From positions 1-64,000 of IMG/VR virus record IMGVR_UViG_3300018878_000140: 64,000 nucleotides of DNA. The stretch is one strand, 5' to 3'. The notes below the pieces were generated by a model. It saw nothing but the letters and a program-made list of their open reading frames with translations, did no database searches and was not told the DNA's origin. Positions 20,401 through 29,537 of the stretch are shown here, in pieces. Source of the DNA: an uncultured virus (IMG/VR IMGVR_UViG_3300018878_000140) (Duplodnaviria > Heunggongvirae > Uroviricota > Caudoviricetes). A program made the translations under genes and the position numbers. How positions within the stretch are numbered: the first letter of the stretch is position 1; the number at the start of each line of letters is the position of its first letter.

Positions 20401-23112
20401 TTAATATCTCCAAATTACATTACCGCCATAGTTAGCTCCAGGTACATCTTTAAGCATAATAATATCTGCAAGTTCAGATATTAATTCGCTATTATGGGAT
20501 ATAATAAAACATTGTTCACATCTAAGAATATTCATAAGATTATCTAATAAAGTCATAAAATAAGATCTATTAGAACCATCTAATGAACCATCCATTTCAT
20601 CAAGAGATATCACATTATATCTACTCTGAGATTGATATAAAATTGAATATGATAATATCATACTTATCATTGATTTCTGAGCTGTAGACATAGAACTTAT
20701 ATCATCATGCATTAATCCAGAACCTAAACATGGAATTCTAAATTCTTGCTCATTAATAACAAATGGTTGTAATGCAAATTCACCATCAAATAACATGGCT
20801 AATAACTCATTTGCAGTAGATAATATTTTATTCATATATAATTGCATATATAAAGTCTGAATTCCTGTAGATGAAGATGAATAATATTTAATCTTTTCTA
20901 TCTTAACGAACTTATCTTGATATTCTGCTAATTCTTTTCTATAATCAACAAGCATTACCAATGAGTGTCTAATATTATCTCTTTCAGTTGTAAGTGATTT
21001 TATATCATTTATTATAGTATTATTATTAGCATTTAATTTACCAAGTTGTATTTCAAGTTCATTTAATTCAGATGTATTAGAGTCAAGTGTTGATTTTATT
21101 TTATTTAATTCTTCCTGTCTTTGTTCTGATGGCATTAGTGAATCATTAATTTTAGAATATAAATTTGATACCTTTTGTTTGGTAGATTCTAATGTTTCTA
21201 ATGATTGTTCTATCTCATTGATAGAATTATTATCACTATCTAACTCATTAGCAACTTCATCTAATTTTTTAGATAAATCTTCAATATCAATTAAAATAGA
21301 TTCTATAATATTATTTCTAGATTCATATAATTTATATTCTGCTTCATATTTCATCAATTGCTCTTTTGCAACTTTATATTCTTCAATCATATTTCCACAG
21401 TCTACAAATTTATATAATTCATCAATATCTTCAAATTTATCCATTTCACATACTCTATATAAAAAAGTTTGTTGAAAGTCTTTTCTTATAGGAAGTTTCT
21501 TAATAAATCCAATTTTAGAATTGAGCTCCCTTTCAATATTTGTTATATATGATAATATTTCGGAATACCTATTAAATTGCTCAATCTCATGCTCTATAAA
21601 TAATATTTCTTTATTCATATCATTTATTTCATTTTCTAATCTAATCATTTCAGCTTCTGGATATTCTAGATTAGCTTTAACTGCAGATTCTATATATGGA
21701 CAATTATCAATTTTACAATTCTTTGGTCTATTAACTAACTCTGATGCTAATTCTCTTTTAGAAACAAATTTTGAATACTGTTTATTTAACTCATCACATT
21801 TACTTCTAAGAGAAGTTAATTTTTCTTTATATGACGGAATAGCTCTTATATAACCAACAACATCATTTCTATTATTAATTACTTGAGATATATCAACTAA
21901 AGAATATGAGCTAGATATATTATATGCAGATTCTTTTAAGTACTTAAGAGATTCCATAGCAGAATCAAACTCTGTCTTAGTAATAATATTAATATTGCTT
22001 AATCTCATTTGTTTAAAAATTTCATCATATTCAGCAATAATTCTTCTAGCTTCTTCTGTAATTTGTTTTATATCTTCATAATTATAATCTGATTGAAGAG
22101 CATTTAATTGCTCTTTTTTAGATTGAAGACTTTTAAACTCAGATTCTCTTCTAGTTAATAATACAGGAATCTTTGTTTTTAATGCTTCCCTCTTTGTTTC
22201 TAAAGATACAATCTGTTTCTCAATATTATCAAGAAATGGTTTAATTGTATTTATATCCATAATCTTATAGAAAGTTAATTGAGAATTAATGGAAGATTTT
22301 ACAATTCTTATAGAAGCATTTAAATCTTTAAGCTCGCTAACGATATCATCATAATTATTATCTCTAAGAATCTTAATATATTCAGAAATTTTTAATTTAA
22401 CTGCAGCAATTGCTTCTATTGTAGTATTCTTCTCTTCTTCAAGAGTTGCTATTCTACCTTCAATATTTTGAAGCTTAGCATTAAGCTGAACTTCATTTCC
22501 TATAAAATCAATTTTATAAGTTAATGAATTAATTAATGATTTATAAGTAGAAGCTTTCTTAGTTAATATCTTATTTATATTATTATAAGTTTCAAGATTA
22601 TGAATAATAGAATTGACCAATTTCTTACGTTCCGCAGGTCTAGAATCAACCAATCCTCTATTTTCTGTAGTAAGCTTAGCTAATGATAAATAGTTACTAT
22701 CCATATTAAATTCATCATAAAGAATATCTTTACAAGAAGATATATTACCATTAGGATTTAATTCTACTAATTGACCATCAATTGTTTTTGATATGTATCC
22801 TTTAGTAGTACCTCTAATACCATTACTATTTACAGGATGTATATATCTAATCACATAATCAATTCCATTTTCAGTCAATACTATTGTTTTTCTAGCTTCT
22901 GAATTTGGAATAAAATAATCATTATTATCTGGATTTGGATTTATTGCATTCAGTAAAGTAGATTTACCAGAACCATTTTTTCCTTTAATAATGATCTTAT
23001 TAGTTATACATTTTGTGAAGTCTATTTTTATTTGAGTTAATCCCATACCGTTATATATACCAGCATAATTATGCAATTCTATACTTTTATATCTCATAAG
23101 ATTTCCTCCCAT
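20401..23112 (-). CDS. sbcC: SbcC/Rad50-like SMC ATPase
   Basis: Walker A GKNGSGKST, long coiled coil with central C..C hook region, signature MSTAQ, Walker B LDEMDGSLD, ISHN. Confidence 0.9.
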   Translation of the reverse strand: MGGNLMRYKSIELHNYAGIYNGMGLTQIKIDFTKCITNKIIIKGKNGSGKSTLLNAINPNPDNNDYFIPNSEARKTIVLTENGIDYVIRYIHPVNSNGIRGTTKGYISKTIDGQLVELNPNGNISSCKDILYDEFNMDSNYLSLAKLTTENRGLVDSRPAERKKLVNSIIHNLETYNNINKILTKKASTYKSLINSLTYKIDFIGNEVQLNAKLQNIEGRIATLEEEKNTTIEAIAAVKLKISEYIKILRDNNYDDIVSELKDLNASIRIVKSSINSQLTFYKIMDINTIKPFLDNIEKQIVSLETKREALKTKIPVLLTRRESEFKSLQSKKEQLNALQSDYNYEDIKQITEEARRIIAEYDEIFKQMRLSNINIITKTEFDSAMESLKYLKESAYNISSSYSLVDISQVINNRNDVVGYIRAIPSYKEKLTSLRSKCDELNKQYSKFVSKRELASELVNRPKNCKIDNCPYIESAVKANLEYPEAEMIRLENEINDMNKEILFIEHEIEQFNRYSEILSYITNIERELNSKIGFIKKLPIRKDFQQTFLYRVCEMDKFEDIDELYKFVDCGNMIEEYKVAKEQLMKYEAEYKLYESRNNIIESILIDIEDLSKKLDEVANELDSDNNSINEIEQSLETLESTKQKVSNLYSKINDSLMPSEQRQEELNKIKSTLDSNTSELNELEIQLGKLNANNNTIINDIKSLTTERDNIRHSLVMLVDYRKELAEYQDKFVKIEKIKYYSSSSTGIQTLYMQLYMNKILSTANELLAMLFDGEFALQPFVINEQEFRIPCLGSGLMHDDISSMSTAQKSMISMILSYSILYQSQSRYNVISLDEMDGSLDGSNRSYFMTLLDNLMNILRCEQCFIISHNSELISELADIIMLKDVPGANYGGNVIWRY

Positions 23113-23196
23113 CCAAATTATCTTTTTATTTAAATGTATACGGCTTTATATTATCTTACATTTTATTATAAAAAATAATAAGAGTGAGGTAAACCC

Positions 23197-23496
23197 TCAC
23201 TCTTTAAATTTATATCCAAATTGTTTTAATGTTTCTTTATGCCTTAACGGTCTTGCATACCCTTTAGTCCAATCAATAATAAATGTATTTTTACAAATAA
23301 CACATTTTAAATATTCTACATTTCTTTCAGCAAGAAATTCTTTTAATTCGTTTGTATCTTGATTAGAATTATATAATTCCTTATAATCTATAATAGAATT
23401 ATTTCTATTTCTAGTAAAAAATAACATATCATTTCCGCATATAGGGCATGTGTAAGGATGTACAATTCTACACATTTCTTTAAGTTCCATTTTCAT
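23197..23496 (-). CDS. Zn-ribbon protein
   Basis: CPICG...CVICK; N-terminal KEMCRIV tag. Confidence 0.75.
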   Translation of the reverse strand: MKMELKEMCRIVHPYTCPICGNDMLFFTRNRNNSIIDYKELYNSNQDTNELKEFLAERNVEYLKCVICKNTFIIDWTKGYARPLRHKETLKQFGYKFKE

Positions 23497-23738
23497 CCCT
23501 CCAGTTACTATTTTGTTTGTGAAGGAATGAAAAAAAAATAAAACTATAAGTAGAGGCTGGCTAGGCCTCTACTGCAAATATTTTCTATTCTCAAAGAAAG
23601 GTCGAAAGAAATAAGAAAATAAATGTGAAGATTTAATTCCTACCACTTCATTAAATCTTCTTGCTTTTTGCCTAGGTAGAAGCATAACTACCAAATTTTT
23701 CACTTGCAAAATACTTACAGGAGGTCGCAACGTGCAAC

Positions 23739-23814
23739 TGGTCGGAGTAGAGAGACTTGAACTCCCGACATCTTGTTCCCAAAACAAGCGCGCTACCAAC
23801 TGCGCTATACCCCG
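23739..23814 (-). tRNA. tRNA-Pro (TGG)
   Basis: Cloverleaf CGGGGTA...TACTCCG-A-CCA; anticodon loop TT-TGG-GA; GTTCAAG T-loop. Confidence 0.93.
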
Positions 23815-24039
23815 AGGATCCCCAGTCATAAGGCAAGTGACTGGCTCTTGTTGATAATATTAAATATTTAATTTCCCCGTTATATGACTACCAGATTCCT
23901 TTTACTCAAAGGGCTTTGTAGTCTAACCATTTTATTATCAATAATAGGAAGTATCGTTTCCTATAACCCTGCAAATAATGTTTTGCCTTACATTTATTTG
24001 CTCCCAAAATATATCTCTATTCCTAACGATACTAGGGGC

Positions 24040-24116
24040 TGGCGACCTGGATGGGGTTCGAACCCACGACCTCTAGCGTGACAGGCTAGCGTTCTAACCA
24101 ACTGAACTACCAGGCC
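24040..24116 (-). tRNA. tRNA-Asp (GTC)
   Basis: GGCCTGGTAGTTCAGTTGG...CT-GTC-AC...GGTTCGAACCCC...CCA. Confidence 0.95.
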
Positions 24117-24128
24117 GTTTTAAATTAA

Positions 24129-24273
24129 TAAGGCTGTTCATCTCACTCCATTTACTACTGCTGCTGGGTTCCGTCAAGGTATCCATATTTCGCAATTAGA
24201 TTCCTCCGAGCATTACCTCGTGTACTTTATTTAACTCTAATCACTACCTTCTGTCTGGCTTCGTAGCACCTTA
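24129..24273 (-). ncRNA. Candidate structured ncRNA, family copy A (145 nt)
   Basis: Conserved ends TAAGGTGCTACG..GC and GC.GTAGTAAATGGAGT...ATGAAC.GCCTTA shared with copies B and C; self-complementary interior. Confidence 0.6.
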
Positions 24274-24341
24274 CATTTAAGTCGTATTGCTACGACTCAA
24301 GTTTGATCTACGTAGGGGATCATAGATCATTTTAAATTTAT

Positions 24342-24454
24342 TAAGGCTGTTCATCAAACTCCATTTACTACAGCACACAGCTGAAAAGTAGTATTACTTA
24401 TTTTCCACGTTTGAAACGGTCCTTGCCTCATACTATCAGCCACGTAGCACCTTA
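24342..24454 (-). ncRNA. Candidate structured ncRNA, family copy B (113 nt)
   Basis: Same conserved ends; flanks extend the terminal stem to about 14 bp with one mismatch. Confidence 0.6.
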
Positions 24455-24464
24455 TTAAATTTAT

Positions 24465-24540
24465 TGGCTCCCCAAGTTGGACTCGAACCAACGACTCTGC
24501 GGTTAACAGCCGCATGCTCTACCGACTGAGCTATTGAGGA
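24465..24540 (-). tRNA. tRNA-Asn (GTT), copy 1
   Basis: TCCTCAATAGCTCAG...CT-GTT-AA...GGTTCGAG...TTGGGGAGCCA. Confidence 0.95.
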
Positions 24541-24625
24541 ATGTTTAGGGATAAGTGATAGGAGGTTCACGCATGAACCTCCTAGATTATGGGCCCCACG
24601 AGCATTCATAATACGATCACTTAAG

Positions 24626-24701
24626 TGGCTCCCCCTGTTGGACTCGAACCAACGACTCTGCGGTTAACAGCCGCATGCTCTACCGACTGAGCTAAGGAGG
24701 A
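24626..24701 (-). tRNA. tRNA-Asn (GTT), copy 2
   Basis: Same body as copy 1 with a compensatorily changed acceptor stem. Confidence 0.95.
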
Positions 24702-25114
24702 ATGTTTATTTGGTCGGTGCGCACCTACTACCTGAAGCATCTGCAACCTTTTAAGCTATTATCGAGGATTTTATAAAACATAATCGCGATAGCAAACATA
24801 TTATGCAACCGCAATTATATGAGCTCAACCCCGTCAGGTTTCAACCAAATGTAGGCTTTATCCACTAAAAGAAAAAGAAGCATTCTTTAGATTTGCGTTA
24901 GCCGCTGTATACGGTAAAACTCTCTGTGTGGCGAACGACATGAGTTGCAAAGCACTTGATCCTACAGCAGTCTCCCACCTTAAAGAGCTAAGCTGCAACG
25001 ATGTAATAACAAGTGATGTTAAATACAAAAATCCAATAACTTTTGTTAATACATCCAAAATTATTTTAACAAGCAACCATGCGGTTCTACCTTCTAAGAA
25101 TGCAAAAGGAGAAA

Positions 25115-25201
25115 TGGTGCCGGTGACCAGACTCGAACTGGTACGGTATTGCTACCACAGGATTTTAAGTCCTGGGTGTCTGCCAATTCCACCACACCGG
25201 C
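25115..25201 (-). tRNA. tRNA-Leu (TAA)
   Basis: 87-nt class II cloverleaf; CAGGA-CT-TAA-AA-TCCTG; encoded CCA. Confidence 0.95.
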
Positions 25202-25220
25202 ATTTGTAAAATGTATATAA

Positions 25221-25314
25221 TAAGGCCGTTCATTTCACTCCATTTACTACTGCTCCTGTAATCCTTAGAATAGTCTTTGAGCTCCAAGACGTCTATAGGC
25301 TTCGTAGCACCTTA
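25221..25314 (-). ncRNA. Candidate structured ncRNA, family copy C (94 nt)
   Basis: Same conserved ends; perfect 13-bp terminal inverted repeat gtatataataagg/ccttattatatac (25213-25322). Confidence 0.6.
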
Positions 25315-25367
25315 TTATATACTAAAAGAAAAGCACATATAAAAGAATTCTTATATACATACACATA

Positions 25368-25405
25368 TATATTATATAATTAAATATACGTACTTTTACA
25401 TATTC
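25368..25405 (-). promoter_or_regulatory. Duplicated promoter-like element upstream of the tRNA/ncRNA island
   Basis: 37/38 nt identical to 42323-42360; contains TATAAT on the minus strand. Confidence 0.55.
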
Positions 25406-25411
25406 ATTATT

Positions 25412-26032
25412 TTAAATGTTCCTTATCCCATATAATTGTATTTTTATATCTTTATTTAATATATCATTTACTTCATTAATAGGGATGTCACAAACATCGA
25501 TATCATCAACAGGTTTAAAATGATTAAGTATATGAATAGCAATAATTGCCTGATTCCATCTTTGAATTGTAGCCATAGCTGTAGTTAATAATCCGCCAGG
25601 CATAGGTTCTGTTGTTAAATAAAATACTTCAACTATTTTCCTAATAGCGTCATAGTATATAGAATTTCCAATTATAATTTTTAACTTATATGGATCAGTT
25701 TCTTCTGGTTCGTTTTCAGTTAAAAAATTAAAATAATCAACAAATATTACAAGTACTTTCTTACCATTGAATATTAAGAAATCATAACACTCTGTAGCAT
25801 CATTTCCAACCATACCGGTAATAAAACGTACTTCATATTCATCTACTATAATATCACTAATTTTTTGATACTGATTTGAATTTGGATCTTCTTTACATCC
25901 ATTATTAAGTAGAATTAATTTAAGTATATTATCGATTTCTTCATAATCAGTATCTATATTATAATAGGTAAATCCTTTAAGTAATTCATCATAGAATATC
26001 TCTATAGGATTAAACCCGTATTTTCCTTTCAT
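25412..26032 (-). CDS. Hypothetical protein
   Basis: 206-aa ORF with ATGA overlap with the upstream gene. Confidence 0.7.
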   Translation of the reverse strand: MKGKYGFNPIEIFYDELLKGFTYYNIDTDYEEIDNILKLILLNNGCKEDPNSNQYQKISDIIVDEYEVRFITGMVGNDATECYDFLIFNGKKVLVIFVDYFNFLTENEPEETDPYKLKIIIGNSIYYDAIRKIVEVFYLTTEPMPGGLLTTAMATIQRWNQAIIAIHILNHFKPVDDIDVCDIPINEVNDILNKDIKIQLYGIRNI

Positions 26033-26346
26033 TCAATCGCCTCCATAGGATTTATTACATCATCCCAAGTTGAATCGCCTACTTCTAAAGCATGAGGTGA
26101 ATAATCAAACATAATTTCTCTTAATCGTGTTAATGGAATAAATCCTTTCCACGTTGGCATCATTTTAAATACTGAATTGCAATTACAGCACATTCCTTCT
26201 GCATTATAATCCAATTCAGAATGATCTATAGTTTCTCCATCTGCATTTGTAAGAAACTTTCTAAGTTGACTTTCAAGTACGACAAATTGTTTATGCCCAC
26301 ATTTAGGACAAGCTCCAGAAGGAACAATATTAACCATCTCAATCAT
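26029..26346 (-). CDS. Zn-ribbon protein
   Basis: CPKCG...CCNC; N-terminal EMVNIV tag; SD ggagg. Confidence 0.75.
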   Translation of the reverse strand: MIEMVNIVPSGACPKCGHKQFVVLESQLRKFLTNADGETIDHSELDYNAEGMCCNCNSVFKMMPTWKGFIPLTRLREIMFDYSPHALEVGDSTWDDVINPMEAIE

Positions 26347-26420
26347 AAAAAATTACCTCCATATCAGAATTCATAGGTAGAGAGTTTTAGTACTCTCTAC
26401 CGTAATATGAATTTTGTAAT

Positions 26421-26684
26421 TTATTTTTTCTGAGGTGGTGTGTATTTAATTTTTCGAATATCGCCCTTGATAAGTACAATAGCATCAGGTTTAGAGTCAT
26501 TAGGATCTCTAACAATAGATGTGTATCTTTTTGGAACACCTCTAACTGATACGGTTCCAAATGAAGTATTAGGACCGTGTACTTTTATCTGTAAAGCTTC
26601 TTCTTCGGCTGAATATACGAAATATCTAAGATACATAGATGATGCATTATTCATAGCACCAGCACCTCCGTTTTTATTAATCAA
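26421..26684 (-). CDS. Hypothetical protein (87 aa)
   Basis: ORF coupled to the RNAP gene end; the true start may be the second Met, after ggagg. Confidence 0.6.
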   Translation of the reverse strand: MINKNGGAGAMNNASSMYLRYFVYSAEEEALQIKVHGPNTSFGTVSVRGVPKRYTSIVRDPNDSKPDAIVLIKGDIRKIKYTPPQKK

Positions 26685-28464
26685 ATCTTTCGTAATACAT
26701 TAAACCATCACCAAAGATATCAAATCCGTCGATAAATTCTTCTTGTGAATAAGTAAATAACGAATAATCAACTAATTTCTTAGCGACTTGTATACACTCA
26801 TTGAGCACCTCATTATTTTTCTGTTCATCTTTAATTGATCCTACAATTCTACACATTTCTTTTTTAGCAATCATCTTATTATAAGTATCAATTACTTTAG
26901 CAAGATCCGATTCCCATGTTGATGGTTCAGTATATTCTGAGAAATGATTATCATATAATGAAACAAGTGGACAAACTGTACCACTGATTCCAGGATCAGA
27001 GTTAGAAGAACTATCTATATCAACTCTGCCAAGATGAGATGGATGAATAGATCTATATGCATTTGATATTGCATTAGCTTTTTCACCAATACCAGATACA
27101 CCTTTATATGTATATTTAAGTGCAGTAATAGCATCGAGATCATTAACACAATCTTTATAGTTAACTAACTGACATTTGCTTATAGAATTAATCAGATACA
27201 TAGGAGATATTTGTAAAGCTTTCTTAATCGTAGTAAGATCTGCTTTATCACCTTTATCAGAAATTCTATAAATACCAGTTGCTAACTTGGAAGCATAATA
27301 AGAAGCTATATATTCAGCCCATCTTATTTTCTTTGTAGATATGTCAAGATTATCTTTCTGACGTAATGAGTTAAACTCATACATCATCCAACGAAGCACT
27401 CTATACACATCTGACTTATCTTCCATATCAAGTTTAAGATCATTCATTGTTATATCATCATAAATAAAATCAAGTGAATTTAAGATATTATAACCTTTTT
27501 CATGTATACTATCAAAATCTTTTGTAGTGAATTCCATACCAAGAGATTTAACCCATTCACTATTAGTAAATACATCTGAGAAAGATATATTCTTTGTTAC
27601 ATTATAAACTGTATATAATGTATATACAAATGACTGAACCACTTGAACAGAATCATACATTAATTTATTTACGACAATATATGCATCTTTTACAGGGAAA
27701 ATATAATTATCATCAGAATTGAATTCTTTAAATGATTTGGTAAAATAAACACCTTTTATACCAAGAAATTTCATAGATTCATAAAATCCCATTTTTGCTA
27801 ATATATATTTCATTAGCAATAAAGATTTCTTAAACATATTTCCTACAAAATATGTACATGGAATTGCTCGTCCATTTAAATCTTTAAGAGTATTCATATA
27901 TCTATAAACTCTTATAGGCATAAAGATAGTTTTAAAAGTTATAGATTGTTTCTTAGCATTCTTTGCAGCACTATTATTATAAGTACTAGCATCTACAATC
28001 TGATACATTGCAGAATACATATTTCCATTTAGTCTAAAATAGAAACCATCAACAATCCTAGGTATAGCAATATATACTGTGATATTATCGCTTACTAAAC
28101 CATTCTTCTTTTCAAAAATTTGTATAAAATAATCAACTTTTATAATTTTAAGGTCTGAATCTTTTAAATTAATAAAATTATATTGATTATCTTTTGCTTT
28201 ATAAACACTTTTTCCATCTTCAGATTTTTTACCTTTGCTAAGAATATTATCTTCATATTCCCAAAGGATATGATTTACATCATCATAGTCATCAATAACC
28301 TGAAAATTAGTAATTTTAATTGTAAAGACAGAATCACGTTCGCATGAATATACTACAGCTTTAATAGCTTCAATAAGATCATCATCTGATCTTTGAAATA
28401 ATTCTTTAGTGAATTTAGGTCTATGAGTATTATTAAAATTATAAATAAATTCTCTTTGATTCAT
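26677..28464 (-). CDS. Multisubunit RNA polymerase beta subunit, N-terminal part (non-virion type)
   Basis: IPRIVDGFYFRLNG and RSIHPSHLGRVDIDSSSNSDPGISG correspond to RpoB RDVHPTHYGRVCP..TPEGPNIG. Start at MNQREF. Confidence 0.85.
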   Translation of the reverse strand: MNQREFIYNFNNTHRPKFTKELFQRSDDDLIEAIKAVVYSCERDSVFTIKITNFQVIDDYDDVNHILWEYEDNILSKGKKSEDGKSVYKAKDNQYNFINLKDSDLKIIKVDYFIQIFEKKNGLVSDNITVYIAIPRIVDGFYFRLNGNMYSAMYQIVDASTYNNSAAKNAKKQSITFKTIFMPIRVYRYMNTLKDLNGRAIPCTYFVGNMFKKSLLLMKYILAKMGFYESMKFLGIKGVYFTKSFKEFNSDDNYIFPVKDAYIVVNKLMYDSVQVVQSFVYTLYTVYNVTKNISFSDVFTNSEWVKSLGMEFTTKDFDSIHEKGYNILNSLDFIYDDITMNDLKLDMEDKSDVYRVLRWMMYEFNSLRQKDNLDISTKKIRWAEYIASYYASKLATGIYRISDKGDKADLTTIKKALQISPMYLINSISKCQLVNYKDCVNDLDAITALKYTYKGVSGIGEKANAISNAYRSIHPSHLGRVDIDSSSNSDPGISGTVCPLVSLYDNHFSEYTEPSTWESDLAKVIDTYNKMIAKKEMCRIVGSIKDEQKNNEVLNECIQVAKKLVDYSLFTYSQEEFIDGFDIFGDGLMYYERFD

Positions 28465-28466
28465 AA

Positions 28467-28850
28467 TTAGCACCCCATAATATTGCAAGAATAGTTTCTT
28501 ATTGTGAAATTTAAACCATTAGGATCTTTAATAAATGATTCATCGTTTTCATCTTCACCAATAAAGGCTTTGAATTTATTCCATTCATCTTCAGTTTGAT
28601 CCTTATATCTATCTCTTAAATCTCCAATAATAGTAATTACAACCCTCGTTTGAAATTCTCTAAATCCTTCGTCATCATAAATACTATGATTATGACCAGA
28701 AAGTACATTAACAAACACATCTGCAGGGCCTTCGCTACCTGTTATTTTTGGTGCTTTTTCAAGTAATTTTTCTACATGCTCTTTGATATTATCACTTTCA
28801 ATATATGTGTCTACATCAAGAGATGCTGTTATATGTGTCCACCAACTCAT
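28467..28850 (-). CDS. Hypothetical protein
   Basis: 127-aa ORF in the operon. Confidence 0.7.
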   Translation of the reverse strand: MSWWTHITASLDVDTYIESDNIKEHVEKLLEKAPKITGSEGPADVFVNVLSGHNHSIYDDEGFREFQTRVVITIIGDLRDRYKDQTEDEWNKFKAFIGEDENDESFIKDPNGLNFTIRNYSCNIMGC

Positions 28851-28851
28851 A

Positions 28852-29478
28852 TTAAACTCTCCCTTCTGTAAGATCTATTACTATGGTTTGATGCATAGGA
28901 TTAGGAGTATTTTCATCTCTATCTCTAATAGTAAGATCGACAGAAATATCAAGAGCATTACTAATACTAATCAATTTACCAAGTGTTATAGAATTACCTT
29001 TAAGTAATCTCATATCATTCTGAAATTGATCAAATCTATCTTCGTATTGTTTTGTATCTATACGCTTAAGATTAATAGCAGTCTTTAAAGCTCTCATTTC
29101 AGGAGTATCTTTTTCGCCTATTTTAAGACATAATACATTATCACTAGTAGTCATTATTTCATCTTGTATATCGCGAATTATTTGCTGTTTTTCAAATACC
29201 TCTCCTATAGATTTAGGATTAGTAAAATCAATAATTTTATCCGGATCATATTCTGCCGTGTTATCCGGTTTTTCAACTATAGCTACCATAGCTCCATTTT
29301 GGTAATAAATACCAGGACCAGTTTCTCCAACTCTACTTTTTATAGGTAAGATACATTCTCCTGGTCTTTCAATTGCTGTAAATTTTGGAGAATATAAATC
29401 TGGATGATCAGTATAATCATCCATATCAGTTACACTGTATAGTCTTCCATCAATTTCTGCTTTTTTCATCTCAGACAC
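28852..29478 (-). CDS. Hypothetical protein with C-terminal XRE/Cro-like HTH
   Basis: NSITLGKLISISNALDISVDL resembles the end of an XRE HTH. Confidence 0.5.
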   Translation of the reverse strand: MSEMKKAEIDGRLYSVTDMDDYTDHPDLYSPKFTAIERPGECILPIKSRVGETGPGIYYQNGAMVAIVEKPDNTAEYDPDKIIDFTNPKSIGEVFEKQQIIRDIQDEIMTTSDNVLCLKIGEKDTPEMRALKTAINLKRIDTKQYEDRFDQFQNDMRLLKGNSITLGKLISISNALDISVDLTIRDRDENTPNPMHQTIVIDLTEGRV

Positions 29479-29537
29479 CTACTTTCAAAAAATAAAATAA
29501 TTTGGGGCGAGAAATTAATCTCACCCCAATAATAATT

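Noticed and set aside
24342..24454. Hammerhead ribozyme in copy B (ctgatag...gaaa on the minus strand)
   Set aside because: The core should be CUGAUGA; here ctga is paired in a stem, and the motif is absent from copies A and C.
23569..25209. Track ORFs 23569-23829, 23884-24081, 24858-25076 and 24928-25209
   Set aside because: They overlap tRNAs or structured RNA and lack SD sequences; probably spurious.
24129..25314. CRISPR mini-array interpretation of the three repeated elements
   Set aside because: The repeats come as paired left and right ends around structured inserts of unequal length and are separated by tRNAs; there is no repeat-spacer periodicity and no cas genes.
23461..26862. Identical 21-nt DNA (aaagaaatgtgtagaattgta) at ~23461 and ~26842 as a DNA repeat element
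   Set aside because: Both encode KEMCRIV with the most common AT-rich codons, and other tag copies vary synonymously, so a peptide-level explanation fits better.
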